64,000 bases of DNA from Bacteroidales bacterium. Its GTDB lineage: Bacteria > Bacteroidota > Bacteroidia > Bacteroidales > UBA10428. Below, in pieces: positions 8,081 through 19,041 of this stretch; the stretch's first letter is position 1; the number at the start of each line of letters is the position of its first letter. Under the pieces are notes generated by a model. The model was not told where the DNA came from. It ran no database searches and saw only the letters and a program-made list of their open reading frames with translations. Position numbers and translations under genes: made by a program. Location of the stretch: positions 2,795-66,794 of the forward strand of contig JAFGRC010000024.1 in the NCBI GenBank assembly GCA_016935355.1, given 5' to 3'.

Positions 8081-8794
8081 ATGGCTACCACAAAGGACGA
8101 AATAGAACTTATCATTCAGGAAGGAGAAGGTTATCGCATTGAATTTAAAGAACGCCTTACGAACCTTGACCGTGAAATGGTTGCTTTTGCAAATGGTTAG
8201 GGCGACAGAATTTTCATAGGCATTACAGATGATGGTCGCAAAGTCGGATTTCGTGCCCCAAATGATGTAAAATCGCAAATCCAGGATATTGTCAATAATT
8301 GTGATCCACAGATAAAAATCATCATTCAACAGGTTAAAGATGTTTTGGTTGTTGAAGTTCGTGAAGGAACCGATAAACCCTATAAATGTGCAACTGGTTT
8401 TTCTAATCGTATTGGGCCAAATTCAATGAAATTATCAAGAGATGAAATTGTTGAATTTGTCAAGTCAGAAAGGAAGATTCGCTTTGACGAAATGATTAAT
8501 AAACAATTTACTTCTAATGATTTCTCAATAGAAAAATTAAGTTCATTCCTGCAGCAAGCTGGTATTTCGCAGGTATTACCAATGCCGCAAATAATTAAAA
8601 ATCTAGGAGCCGGTGATGTTGAAGCGGGTCAAATTGCTTATAATAATACTGCAGTATTGTTTTTTGCTAAAAATTTGAGCAGTCATTATTTTCTAACTGC
8701 GGTTACTTGTGCATTATATAAGGGAAACGAGAAAGTAACCATACTTGACCGAAAGGATTTTAACGAAGATCTGATTTCGAAAACTTATACATGA
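8081..8794 (+). pseudogene. AlbA_2/Schlafen-domain DNA-binding protein (RecG-annotated family), disrupted
   Basis: MATTKDEIELIIQEGEGYRIEFKE...VAFANG*GDRIFIGITDDG; in-frame TAG at 8198 then continues into ORF 8345-8794; C-terminus truncated. Confidence 0.8.
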
Positions 8795-8889
8795 ATGTGA
8801 TTGCTGAACGTTAAAATGAAGAATGTAATTTAATTATTCTTTATTTTTATTTCATTTCAGGTACTCAGAGTGACTTAAATTGAATAAAA

Positions 8890-9311
8890 TTAAAGTAGAT
8901 GTGATGCCTACTGATGAGGATATTCTGGGATTTAACAATAAGTAGTGCACTACCGGGATTAAAAAGAAGATTTCTAAAATATTGCCTGATGGGACGAAAA
9001 TATTTGTATTTCCTCCAGAGTATTATTTGGCATCGAAGTCTGAAGCACACAAAGACCGTGGAGGGAATGATCTTAGACAAAGTCATGATTTTGAAGATAT
9101 TATATACATATTTGACAATTGAATTGATATCGTTAATATTATTAAAAACGCAGATGAGGATGTAAAATACTATCTTAAAGCTGAATGCTTAAGCTTATTG
9201 GATGAGGATAATTTATCAGAGTGGATAACTTGTGCCTTACCTTTTAGTTCAGATTCAGATAGAACAGAATTAATAAATGAATTAATTTGGGATATAGCAC
9301 ATATTGAATAA
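8890..9311 (+). pseudogene. Nucleotidyltransferase (AbiEii-like) 3' remnant
   Basis: KVDVMPTDEDILGFNN* / FPPEYYLASK.EAH.DRGGNDLRQSHDFEDII with stops and a frameshift. Confidence 0.6.
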
Positions 9312-9417
9312 GTGTTCGCGAAAAATTCCCAATAAAATTACCAGGCTAGAAATTGTACTTAGAATTTCAATAAGCTTTAAGCTATATAATTCGTCGTTAT
9401 TATACAAAGCTTGAAAA

Positions 9418-9594
9418 ATGGAAGTCAACGGGCTGGTTATTTATCCGAAAGATGTGCAGCGAATAGCAGGGAAAAGCGAAAAGTAATGCAGGAAACTGAT
9501 CAGGATGATTAAGGAGTATTTAATGAAAGGACAACATCAGTTTGTAAGCATTACAGAATTCTGCCAGAAAACCAGGAAGAAACTAAAGGTATAA
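9418..9594 (+). pseudogene. Small Bacteroidota DNA-binding-like hypothetical protein, premature stop
   Basis: MEVNGLVIYPKDVQRIAGKSEK*CRKLI...HQFVSITEFC; TAA at 9484. Confidence 0.6.
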
Positions 9595-9642
9595 AAATTG
9601 AGCATGAATTATTACTGTTTCTTAGTACAGTAATGAAAAAGT

Positions 9643-9933
9643 TTAAATCGTTGCAAGAAAACCGTTTAAATCAGTCTTGTTTTTAAAATGAGTTATTGCA
9701 ACATAGTCATAATCATTCTTATCGTATTCCTGTGTTTGTTTTACAGCTTCTATCATTGCCTTAACATTTGAATTGGCATTTTTTAATTGCCATTTAATAT
9801 TAGCTGTTTTCAAGTATTTTATGAACTCATCGGAGAATGACCTGGAAATAAAAACTATAAGTTTTCTCAACTCCCTACTTTTTTGTCGGATGTCTTTACT
9901 ATAAAAATAACCCTCAGCACAGAAATAATTCAT
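9643..9933 (-). CDS. Hypothetical protein or gene fragment
   Basis: 96-aa AT-rich ORF; no motif recognised. Confidence 0.3.
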   Translation of the reverse strand: MNYFCAEGYFYSKDIRQKSRELRKLIVFISRSFSDEFIKYLKTANIKWQLKNANSNVKAMIEAVKQTQEYDKNDYDYVAITHFKNKTDLNGFLATI

Positions 9934-9967
9934 ATTTTTAAAATCGAAAGAATGGTCATAAAACGAT

Positions 9968-10747
9968 ATGAAAAGACATTATAAAGGGATTTCAATAAAC
10001 ACATCAAAAAATACTCATGAAAAAGTCTTTGACCTGATAGAAAAAGACAAGAATTCAAGAATCGTTGATATTCCATGCGGATCAGGTGCATTTGTTATGA
10101 GACTGAAGGATCATGGATATCATAATGTAACTGCCATTGATATTGAAAATATTCTGGAAATTGATCATGATGATTTTATGACCGGGGATATGACAAAGGG
10201 TCTTCCACTGGAAAATCATTCCGTAGATGTTCTGGTATGCATAGATGGCATTGAACATATCAGCCAGCAGTTCTCTTTTGTAAAAGAAGTCAACAGAATT
10301 CTGAAAGCCGGTGGAGAATTCATTATTTCAATCCCAAATATCAGCGCACTCAGATCCAGATGGAGGTGGTTCATGACCGGACACCATCACAAATGTAAAT
10401 CACCTCTGGATGAAAATAATCCCAACCCCCTGCATCATATCGGGATGATCTCTTACCCGGAGATAAGGTATCTGTTGCATACAAGCGGGTTTCGGATTGT
10501 GAAAGTTATCACAAACAGAACTAAACCGATCAGCTGGTTGTATGTTATCTTTATACCTTTCAGTTTTTTATGGACGTCATTTGTGTATCACAAGTCTGGG
10601 AAAAAGGAAGGGACATCAAAAATTAACAGGGAGGTGAGAAGAAAAATGTACTCTAAGGCAATATTATTGGGTGAAAGTCTTATTGTTAAAGCAATAAAGA
10701 CTTCAGCCGGCCAGGCTTTGCAATCATATAAAATAGAAAATCAATAA
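9968..10747 (+). CDS. Class I SAM-dependent methyltransferase
   Basis: IVDIPCGSG motif I, DGIEH, LKAGG. Confidence 0.9.
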   Translation: MKRHYKGISINTSKNTHEKVFDLIEKDKNSRIVDIPCGSGAFVMRLKDHGYHNVTAIDIENILEIDHDDFMTGDMTKGLPLENHSVDVLVCIDGIEHISQQFSFVKEVNRILKAGGEFIISIPNISALRSRWRWFMTGHHHKCKSPLDENNPNPLHHIGMISYPEIRYLLHTSGFRIVKVITNRTKPISWLYVIFIPFSFLWTSFVYHKSGKKEGTSKINREVRRKMYSKAILLGESLIVKAIKTSAGQALQSYKIENQ

Positions 10748-10839
10748 AACACGAGCGTAAAAGCTTTGCCACCAATAAAAATGATTATTCGGGTGTTCTC
10801 CCGATCAATCGGCAACCATAATTAATAAAAATTATACGT

Positions 10840-11820
10840 ATGAATTACAGAAACCTTGGTAACACCGGAGTAAAATTATCAGCGATCGGGCTGGGATGTA
10901 TGGGTATGAGCCATGCATACGGTGGAAGGGACGAAAAAGAATCGATTGCAACTTTGCACAAAGCCATAGAATTGGGTATAAATTTCTGGGATACAGCAGA
11001 TTTTTATGGTAATGGCGAGAACGAAAAACTGATTTCCAAAGTCCTGGTTCCCAACCGGGATCAGATTTTCATTGCCACAAAGTTCGGCTTCAGGGCGACG
11101 ACCGAAGATGCATTTCATTTGGATGCATCGCCGGCATATATGAAAATTGCTGTTGAAGCAAGTCTGCGCAAGCTTGGAATCGAAACCATCGACCTGTATT
11201 ATGCCCACCGCATTGATCCCAACGTGCCGGTCGAAGAAATGGCCACAGCCATGGGCAATCTCGTTAAGGAAGGAAAAGTAAGGTATATCGGACTGTCGGA
11301 GGCATCAGCCGAATCCATCCGGAAAGCACATGCTGTGCATCCGGTCTCAGCGCTGCAAAGCGAATATTCAATAATAACACGTGATGCGGAAACAGAGATC
11401 CTGAATTTCTGCAAAGAGCAGGGTATTACATTTGTCGCATTCAGCCCGCTTTCCAGGGGACTGATCACCGGTACAGTCGATCATGAGAAGCTGGAAGAAA
11501 ATGATTTCAGAAGAACACTTCCCCGTTTTAAAGGTGAATACTGGAAAAACAATCAGCAACTGTCCGGAGCCCTGGCTGACATAGCTTACGGTCTGGATTG
11601 TACACCGGCACAACTTTCACTGGCCTGGATTCTGGCACAGGGTAGCCACATCATTCCCATCCCGGGAACGAAACGAAGAAAATATCTGGAAGAGAATGCG
11701 CGTGCGGTCGATATAAACCTGACTTCAAAAGATCTGAAAGCAATAGAGGATTTGCTCCTCAAATTTCCCAACATTGGTCCGCGATACAGTGAAAACCTGT
11801 CCAGACTTGTCAGCAAATGA
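10840..11820 (+). CDS. Aldo/keto reductase
   Basis: [33 protein letters not shown]. Confidence 0.95.
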   Translation: MNYRNLGNTGVKLSAIGLGCMGMSHAYGGRDEKESIATLHKAIELGINFWDTADFYGNGENEKLISKVLVPNRDQIFIATKFGFRATTEDAFHLDASPAYMKIAVEASLRKLGIETIDLYYAHRIDPNVPVEEMATAMGNLVKEGKVRYIGLSEASAESIRKAHAVHPVSALQSEYSIITRDAETEILNFCKEQGITFVAFSPLSRGLITGTVDHEKLEENDFRRTLPRFKGEYWKNNQQLSGALADIAYGLDCTPAQLSLAWILAQGSHIIPIPGTKRRKYLEENARAVDINLTSKDLKAIEDLLLKFPNIGPRYSENLSRLVSK

Positions 11821-11964
11821 TCCTTCGGATGTTTTAATAATAGAGAAGTCTGCAGGCAAGGAATGTGTATGGTTCTTTATTAATGTTCGCAACTTGTGAA
11901 AAACCAGGCATGTAACATATATATCAAAACTATCAGCAACCGTAAATAGCTGAAAATATACTGC

Positions 11965-12957
11965 CTATTTCTTTTCGAAAACCGAATCAAATGCAGTTTT
12001 TGAGGGCGTGAAATCTACATTTTTCACAAATTCACACGCTTCCCTTGCTCCGTGTTCACGGTCCATTCCGCTGTCCTCCCACTCGACTGAAAGCGCTCCG
12101 CTGTAATTGATATGATTCAGGGCCCGTATGATCTCCCCGAAATCGATGTTACCGTGCCCCAGGCTCCTGAAATTCCAGTAACGGCGACGATCACCGAAAG
12201 GTATATAGCCTCCGAAAACACCTGCTTCCCCTGAACCTCCGTACCAGCCCACATCTTTCATATGCACATGAAAAATACGGTCTGCAAACCGGTAAATGAA
12301 TTCGAGATAATCAATGCCTTGATAGCCCAGATGACTCGGATCAAAGTTAAATCCAAAGGCCGGATGATAATGCACGGCCTTAAGTGCCCTTTCAGCAGTG
12401 GCAATGTCAAAAGCGATCTCGGTTGGATGAACTTCCAGGGCATATCTGATACCCAGCTTCTGGTATTCATCAAGAATGGGAATCCAGCGCCGGCCAAAAT
12501 CCTCATAACCTTTTTCAATCATAGACTCAGGAACCGGCGGGAATGAATAAATCAGGTGCCATATGGAACTGCCGGTAAATCCATTTACAACATTAATCCC
12601 CAGTCTTTTTGCCACACGGGCCGTGTCAATAACATCTCTGGCAGCGCGTTGCCGGACGCCTTCCGGAGATCCGTCGCCCCAGATATAAGCAGGCACGATG
12701 GACTTGTGACGTTCATCAATGATGTCACAGACGCATTGACTGACAAGGTGTGTGGCAACAGCAAACAGCTTGAGTCCGTATTTTTCAAGCAGGTCCTTTC
12801 TTGCTTTGCAGTATGCATCATCAGCCTTGTTGACTTCGATATGGTTGCCGCAGCATGCAAGTTCGAGTCCGTCATAACCAAATTCTTTGGCTTTACGGCA
12901 CACTTCCTCAATATCCAGATCGGTCCATTGAAGTGTGCACAGCGTTACAGGTCTCAT
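11965..12957 (-). CDS. Sugar phosphate isomerase/epimerase (IolE/TIM-barrel family)
   Basis: [32 protein letters not shown]. Confidence 0.9.
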   Translation of the reverse strand: MRPVTLCTLQWTDLDIEEVCRKAKEFGYDGLELACCGNHIEVNKADDAYCKARKDLLEKYGLKLFAVATHLVSQCVCDIIDERHKSIVPAYIWGDGSPEGVRQRAARDVIDTARVAKRLGINVVNGFTGSSIWHLIYSFPPVPESMIEKGYEDFGRRWIPILDEYQKLGIRYALEVHPTEIAFDIATAERALKAVHYHPAFGFNFDPSHLGYQGIDYLEFIYRFADRIFHVHMKDVGWYGGSGEAGVFGGYIPFGDRRRYWNFRSLGHGNIDFGEIIRALNHINYSGALSVEWEDSGMDREHGAREACEFVKNVDFTPSKTAFDSVFEKK

Positions 12958-13253
12958 AACTATTGGTTTTAATGGTTTAATATCATGTTCAGACTAAATT
13001 TATTTATTAAGATAAAATTCCGGAAATCAAAGTATATTTTATTTCTGCTATGATTCCGGAAATTACTGAGGGTATCAGGGCATTATTGATTCCTCTGATT
13101 TCATTCGAATATAATGAATATATTTATGTTATTAAATTGGTCTTGTGTAACTTACAATGATCATATTTTCATCTTCTTTTGTGAATATATTGAAAATATG
13201 ATCGTGGACGTTCATTTGAAATAAGTCCTATAATTATTCATTATTTCCTTTGG

Positions 13254-14414
13254 TTATTCCGGAAATTTGAACCACTTCTGACTGTTATTGTTTCCGGATT
13301 CAACAACAACATCAATAAATTGCATTCCGCGAATGCCATCATCAACTCCAGGAAAGTCGAGCCATTCAGGTTTTATGGCACTTCCATTCATTTTGGCCCT
13401 TACGGTCAGTGAGAAATTGCGGTATATATTGGCAAAGGCTTCAATATAACCTTCCGGATGGCCCCCGGGAGTCCTTGTGTTATGCTTTGCAATATCGCTC
13501 ATGTAAGACTGACCGGTACGAATAATTTCAGCAGGACGATCAATCCATCTCACAATTAGAGTATTGGGCTCCATCTGTGACCACTTCATTCCTCCTTTCT
13601 CACCATAAATCCGGATATTCAGGTCATTTTCCTCTCCTGCAGCAATCTGTGATGCGACCAGAACACCGCGTGCACCATTGTCAAAACGGAGCAATGCAGC
13701 ACCATCATCATCGAGCCGGCGGCCGGGGACAAAAATGTTCAGATCGGCACAGATTTCCGTTGCTTTAAGTCCGGATATATACTCTGCAAGGTGCAAAGCA
13801 TGTGTACCGATATCTCCCATACAACCTGCCTTGCCGGAACGTTTGGGATCGGTGCGCCAGGCTGCCTGGGCGTTGCCGGCATCTTCAGCTTTTTCAGAAA
13901 GCCAGCCCTGGGGATATTCGACCAGGATTTTGCGTATTTTCCCCAGATCGCCCCTTCTGATCCTTTCACGCGCTTCCTTAACTGCAGGATAGCCTGAATA
14001 GGTATGGGTCAGGGCCAGTACCAGTCCGGTTTCCTGAACTTTTGCTTTCAGTCTCCCTGCCTCGTCCAGAGTAAATGTGATCGGTTTATCGATGACAACA
14101 TGAAAGCCGAGGTCCAGTGCCATATAGGCAGGCTCAAAGTGAGCCACATTGGGCGTGACGATTGTTACAAAATCCATCCGCTCCCCGTCAGGTAATCCGG
14201 CCTCCCTTTCGAACATTTCTTTGTAAGTCTTGTAAATCCTGTCATCCGGGAGGTAATAGCACCTGCCCGAGCTAAGCGATGTTGCCGGATCAATGCTGAA
14301 ACAGCCACTAACCAGTTCAATCTGGCCGTCCATAAGGGCAGCAAGCCGGTGGATCGCACCGATGAAAGCATCACTTCCACCGCCCACCATGCCCATTTTA
14401 AGTTTTCTGTTCAT
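13254..14414 (-). CDS. Gfo/Idh/MocA NAD-dependent oxidoreductase
   Basis: GMVGGG, IDKP, GDIGTH, PGGHPEGY. Confidence 0.92.
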   Translation of the reverse strand: MNRKLKMGMVGGGSDAFIGAIHRLAALMDGQIELVSGCFSIDPATSLSSGRCYYLPDDRIYKTYKEMFEREAGLPDGERMDFVTIVTPNVAHFEPAYMALDLGFHVVIDKPITFTLDEAGRLKAKVQETGLVLALTHTYSGYPAVKEARERIRRGDLGKIRKILVEYPQGWLSEKAEDAGNAQAAWRTDPKRSGKAGCMGDIGTHALHLAEYISGLKATEICADLNIFVPGRRLDDDGAALLRFDNGARGVLVASQIAAGEENDLNIRIYGEKGGMKWSQMEPNTLIVRWIDRPAEIIRTGQSYMSDIAKHNTRTPGGHPEGYIEAFANIYRNFSLTVRAKMNGSAIKPEWLDFPGVDDGIRGMQFIDVVVESGNNNSQKWFKFPE

Positions 14415-14601
14415 TTGTTATTATATTAGATATCAATCTGTTTTACCCTTAAATTCAGGTTCTCTGTCCCCTGGCTAAGGATAGGAAATTTGCCGTCAAA
14501 TCCGGATTTCAAGTATAAATGTATGAAAATATTCCCTATTCTTTAGAACTTAGCCTATCTTTCAGCATGGTCTAAACTTATAACCTGAAAAAATATATAT
14601 T

Positions 14602-14908
14602 ATGCTGCTCAGTTTTGTCATTTATTCACTGTTTATCGTCCTGATGGGGATTATGTTTGGCGGGACCCGGAGCAAGTTTTGGTCCGCCACTGATTTTTAC
14701 CGTGTTCTGGAAGAAAACAAGCAAAACGGGAATTATTCTGGGTATGCTGGGAGGTTTTATCACCACAATTATATGGAAAGAAACGGGGCTGGATTCCGGT
14801 ATTGTTTATGAAACCATTCCGGCAATTCTGGTTTCTGCATTGTTTACTTTATTTTTCAGTTCCTTCCAGAATTACACTCATAAACAAATTATTGAAGTTG
14901 GCCGGTGA
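14602..14908 (+). pseudogene. Sodium:solute (PutP-like) symporter remnant with large internal deletion
   Basis: N-terminal helix MLLSFVIYSLFIVLMGI joined out of frame to C-terminal AG.GASFGPPLI...WKK...GMLGGFIT..IW...YETIPA. Confidence 0.65.
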
Positions 14909-14995
14909 TCAATTGTTTACCTATTAGAATATATTAAAACTGAGAGGATAAGAAATATGACTCCGGATTGTCAATTACAATAATATCCGAATCCA

Positions 14996-15238
14996 CTAAT
15001 CAAAGCCTTTGGAAAAAAAATCCTTTACAGAAATGCCAAGCGCCCGGATCACTTTCATCAAACTGGAAAATTTCAGATCCTCACCTTTTTCATATCTGCC
15101 ATATTGTGCACGGGGTAAATCATTCACATATGCAAAATCTTCATAATTGCCGTAACCTTTCTCCCGGCGCAGTTCCTTAATCCGCTTTGCAAGTTTTCTT
15201 AAGTCTTCCTCTTTGTTCTTTTTTACACCCTCTTCCAT
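14996..15238 (-). CDS. XRE-family HTH regulator
   Basis: RIKELRREKGY.NYEDFA...RAQYGRYEKG.DLKFSSL. Confidence 0.85.
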   Translation of the reverse strand: MEEGVKKNKEEDLRKLAKRIKELRREKGYGNYEDFAYVNDLPRAQYGRYEKGEDLKFSSLMKVIRALGISVKDFFSKGFD

Positions 15239-15357
15239 TCTGCAAAAAAAGGAAGAAAACCACACAAATATTACTACTTCAAAGTTACTACTTATTAGTG
15301 GTTTTTATATATATTTGCCACAAGTTGTTATATGCTGACAATTTAAGTTATCAGATA

Positions 15358-15759
15358 ATGGTTGACGAGCCACCAAACTCTTATGAACGAAAGAAAAAAA
15401 TCCTTTTCGTTGACCCTGACACATCGAGCTACCTTCTTGTTGCAAGATTATTGGCCGGCTATGATACTAAAATCATTCATAGCGGTTTTGGTCCTTATGC
15501 TATTAAGATATTCAGGAAAAATCCTTTCATCGATTGTGTAATAACCGAAATCAGGGTACCCGGACTGGATGGCTTTGAGATTCTCAGGGCAGTAAGGGAA
15601 ATAAATCCTCTGGTTACCGTAATTGCACAGACTGCTTATGTCCATGATAACATAAAACAGAAATGCCAAGATGCCGGATTCAATGAATATATCTCAAAAC
15701 CGGTTGATCTGAAATTGTTTTTGTGCATCATCAATAAAAATGTATTACATTCTGTATAA
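15358..15759 (+). CDS. Single-domain response regulator (atypical receiver)
   Basis: KKILFVD, ITEIRVPGLDG (Glu at the phosphoacceptor position), IAQTA, YISKP. Confidence 0.85.
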   Translation: MVDEPPNSYERKKKILFVDPDTSSYLLVARLLAGYDTKIIHSGFGPYAIKIFRKNPFIDCVITEIRVPGLDGFEILRAVREINPLVTVIAQTAYVHDNIKQKCQDAGFNEYISKPVDLKLFLCIINKNVLHSV

Positions 15760-15903
15760 ATAACCGTTAAAATTGGTTATTGCGTTTTTTATAAATACAA
15801 ATTGCAGAAACGACATTTATTGATGACTTTTTTAAGTGCAATATGTGAACAGGATTACCTTTCAGTTTGTTATACAATATATTCAACTGAAATATTAATG
15901 ATT

Positions 15904-16332
15904 ATGAAAAAAAATGAAGCTTATGCAACCTGGCAAGGTAATCTGAAAAATGGAAACGGTCAGATGAGATTGCATTCGGTATCCGGTGTGTTCAATTATA
16001 CCTTTTCTTCCCGGTTTGAAAAAGACAAAGGTACAAATCCGGAAGAACTCGTTGCTGCAGCACATGCCGGATGTTTTTCAATGGCACTTGCAGACATTGT
16101 GGCAAAAAAGGGTTATGAACCCGAAGAAATAAAGACAACTGCCAATGCGATCCTCTCCAATCCCGGAGACGGCTATTCAATAACTGATATGGAACTTTAC
16201 ACAGAGGCAAAGATCAGGGACATTGACGATACCGCATTCCAGTCACTGGCATCCGAGGCAAAACAAAACTGTCCTGTCTCCAGAACATTATCTTCAGTTA
16301 ATATCAGGCTAACTGCCAGGCTTATTCAGTAA
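15904..16332 (+). CDS. osmC: OsmC-family peroxiredoxin
   Basis: GTNPEELVAAAHAGCFSMAL and AKQNCPVS. Confidence 0.92.
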   Translation: MKKNEAYATWQGNLKNGNGQMRLHSVSGVFNYTFSSRFEKDKGTNPEELVAAAHAGCFSMALADIVAKKGYEPEEIKTTANAILSNPGDGYSITDMELYTEAKIRDIDDTAFQSLASEAKQNCPVSRTLSSVNIRLTARLIQ

Positions 16333-16404
16333 TTCTCAAAGCCTGAAATAGCAGCCTTTTCATGCATTTGCTGCAAATGGCCATAACGAACAGCGAAGAT
16401 TATT

Positions 16405-16584
16405 TCAGTCGCTGTACCTTAATCTTCTGCCCCTGCCTTCACCGCCGCCTGATTTGCGTCGTTTGCCCATGCCTTTTCCGAGTTGGCGGGCAGATTCTTC
16501 CTGACTTTCGTCCTTGCATTTTCCCAGTCCGCGGCCTGTTCTTGACCCTTTTCCTTCCGGACCGGTTCCATTCATTCGTGGCAT
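16405..16584 (-). CDS. DUF5320-like small Gly/Arg-rich protein (59 aa)
   Basis: Read manually: MPRMNGTGPEGKGSRTGRGLGKC...GKGMGKRRKSGGGEGRGRRLRYSD; same N-terminal motif as 20364-20741. Confidence 0.8.
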   Translation of the reverse strand: MPRMNGTGPEGKGSRTGRGLGKCKDESQEESARQLGKGMGKRRKSGGGEGRGRRLRYSD

Positions 16585-16631
16585 AATCTCAATTTTTAAA
16601 ATTAGTATTGGTTACCTTAGTATCAGTATCT

Positions 16632-17150
16632 TTAGCTGTTAGCCGTCCTGACTATTTCCCGCAGTTTGCTTTTCAGGAGTTTCTTTCTGAGCGGACTGAT
16701 CCTGTCAATAAAAAGCACTCCCTGTAAATGGTCGTATTCGTGCTGAAATATCCGGGCGATAAGTCCTTCAAGAACTTCCTCCCTCCAGTCGAAGTTATCA
16801 TCCCGGTAACGTACTTCAATTTTAGCGGGCCTTATAACATCTTCATTGATGCCCGGAATACTCAGGCAACCTTCATTGTAAAAAACAGGATCCTCACTGT
16901 AATGCAAAATGACCGGATTATAAAAAGCCTTTTCCACAATTATCACTCCATTATCCTTTATCGGCGATGTGTCAATTATAAAGAGGTTCTTAAGGGCACC
17001 TACCTGTGGTCCTGCCAGACCGATCCCTTCGGCATTTTTCAGGGTCAATGCCATGTTGGCCGCCAGGGTCAGAAAGTCATCCCCTTTGTCAATATCGAAA
17101 GCTTTCTTCCTCAGTTTCGAAGAACCATATTTTATAATTGGCAGAATCAT
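16632..17150 (-). CDS. def: Peptide deformylase
   Basis: GIGLAGPQ, EGCLS, QHEYDH. Confidence 0.95.
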   Translation of the reverse strand: MILPIIKYGSSKLRKKAFDIDKGDDFLTLAANMALTLKNAEGIGLAGPQVGALKNLFIIDTSPIKDNGVIIVEKAFYNPVILHYSEDPVFYNEGCLSIPGINEDVIRPAKIEVRYRDDNFDWREEVLEGLIARIFQHEYDHLQGVLFIDRISPLRKKLLKSKLREIVRTANS

Positions 17151-17163
17151 AATTTAATATTTG

Positions 17164-18102
17164 CTAAAAATGATAACTCCTTATATAATATGTTTTACCA
17201 GAATAACTTACACTTTTTATCAAACCCTGATTTATCAGGGAATCAACCACCTTGCCATTTGTTTTATCCTGTTTAAGCAGTTCAGCCATTGTATCTTCCC
17301 GCAACGGATGAACAGCAGTAATGTTTAAAATATCCTCAAAAGCATTGCCGGTAAAGCCTGTATCCGTTCCTTCAAAACCTGTCAGCAATTCTGTGTGGAT
17401 CCCGCTTTGTTGATAAATCTGCCATGCTTCTGTAATTTTATTTTCTGAAACAACTTTTACTGTTCTGACCGCCGGAGGTCTTACAGGAACCGAAAGATAA
17501 GCTTTTTCGGGATTCAGTGTTGCAATGAAGGATGCTGTTTGCTGCAGGTGCCTGTCAGAATCATTCAAACCGTCGATGAGCATGGTTTCCGTATTCAGTT
17601 TACCGGGATAATCAGCGGCAAATACTTTTAAGCCCTCCATAATCCTTTTTAATTCAATTCCTTCACAGGGCCGGTTAATTTCTCTCCAGATGCTTTCGCT
17701 GACTGCATCCACTTTAACCGAGACCCAGTCAGCTTTCATCAGATCAGCCTGCACATGCTGATCATGAATGAGTGAGGAATTGGTAATGACTGCAATGGGA
17801 ATATTGAATTCCTTTAACATTCTGATCGCTTTCCCAAGGTTCAAATCCAGGGTAGGTTCACCATTGGGAACAAAAGTCAGGTAATCCGGATAATGCTCAG
17901 GATCCAGCTTTTTCAGATGGGACTCAATATTTTCATACAGCTGTCCGGGTTCATAAAATGTTTGTCTTGTAACGGACATGTTTTTGGTAATACCGATCTG
18001 GCAATACACACAGCTATATGAACAGATCTTATGTGAAACAATGTTGTTGATACCCAGACTTAAACCAAGTCTTCTCGATGGTATGGGGCCAAAAGCAATC
18101 AT
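17164..18102 (-). CDS. Radical SAM protein (COG0731 type)
   Basis: FGPIPSRRLGLSLG, CSYSCVYC, GEPTL. Confidence 0.9.
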   Translation of the reverse strand: MIAFGPIPSRRLGLSLGINNIVSHKICSYSCVYCQIGITKNMSVTRQTFYEPGQLYENIESHLKKLDPEHYPDYLTFVPNGEPTLDLNLGKAIRMLKEFNIPIAVITNSSLIHDQHVQADLMKADWVSVKVDAVSESIWREINRPCEGIELKRIMEGLKVFAADYPGKLNTETMLIDGLNDSDRHLQQTASFIATLNPEKAYLSVPVRPPAVRTVKVVSENKITEAWQIYQQSGIHTELLTGFEGTDTGFTGNAFEDILNITAVHPLREDTMAELLKQDKTNGKVVDSLINQGLIKSVSYSGKTYYIRSYHF

Positions 18103-18141
18103 ACTTTATCCTTTTATATTTGATTTACCGAATCTGAAATA

Positions 18142-19041
18142 TTATGCAATACTTTCCTGCTCATAAACGATGCTGATTAAATTATTCCACATTTTTTCAA
18201 ATTCCCGGGTCAGCAATCCGTCGGGCATGAATTCACAAATTGTTTTTCCCTCTATAAGGGCATAAATCATGGATTCATCATAAGGAATTTTCCCAAGGAT
18301 TTGAATTCCTTCACTTTTTAGTCTGTTTTCAATCGTATAACTCATATCCTCATTCAGGTCATATTTGTTTATGATGACATATACCGGAGTGCGAAAACGT
18401 CCGGTCATTTCAATAAGCCTGTTAAGATCATGCCAGCCCGACAGGGTAGGTTCCGTGACCGCTATCACCAGGTCGGAACCGGTTACGGATGAGATTGCGG
18501 GACAGCCGATCCCCGGTGGACCATCTGTTATGATGTATTCTGCATTTATTGTATCAGCCGTTTCTTTGGCATATTGCCGGATCTGCGAAACCAGTCTCCC
18601 GGAATTTTCCTCAGCTATGCCCAGTTTGCCATAAATCACAGGTCCGAAGCGGCAATTTGCAAAAAAAATACGGTTGTTTTCAAACTTTTCGATCCCGATT
18701 GCTTTTTCAGGACACGCTTCCGCACATAATCCGCACCCTTCACATGCATATTCGTCGATTATAAATTCTTCCTTTTTTACAGATATGGCGTCAAAACGGC
18801 ACAATTCCATACAAAGTCCGCAACCGGTGCATTTTTCCCGTTCAATTGAAGCTTTTGCTCCACTGGTAAAACTCTCAGACTTATAAACTTCGGGGGACAA
18901 TACCAGCTGAAGATCAGCAGCATCCACATCACAGTCGGTAAATACGGTTTTTTCGGTCAGTGCTGCAAATGCGGCGGTAATACTTGTTTTACCAGTCCCT
19001 CCTTTCCCGCTTAATACAACGATCTCAAACGGCTTTCCCAT
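18142..19041 (-). CDS. MinD-superfamily P-loop ATPase with inserted ferredoxin domain (COG1149)
   Basis: SGKGGTGKT, DCDVDA, two CxxCxxCxxxC motifs, DGPPGIGCP. Confidence 0.92.
   Translation of the reverse strand: MGKPFEIVVLSGKGGTGKTSITAAFAALTEKTVFTDCDVDAADLQLVLSPEVYKSESFTSGAKASIEREKCTGCGLCMELCRFDAISVKKEEFIIDEYACEGCGLCAEACPEKAIGIEKFENNRIFFANCRFGPVIYGKLGIAEENSGRLVSQIRQYAKETADTINAEYIITDGPPGIGCPAISSVTGSDLVIAVTEPTLSGWHDLNRLIEMTGRFRTPVYVIINKYDLNEDMSYTIENRLKSEGIQILGKIPYDESMIYALIEGKTICEFMPDGLLTREFEKMWNNLISIVYEQESIA

Noticed and set aside
8198-8200. Stop-codon recoding (pyrrolysine or code 15) at the in-frame TAG
   Set aside because: Neighbouring remnants also carry TAA/TGA stops and frameshifts and the gene is truncated, so decay is the simpler explanation.
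16338-16360. Bidirectional terminator between osmC and the small DUF5320 gene
   Set aside because: The stem AAAGCCTG/CAGCCTTT has a mismatch and is weak; not confident enough to call.
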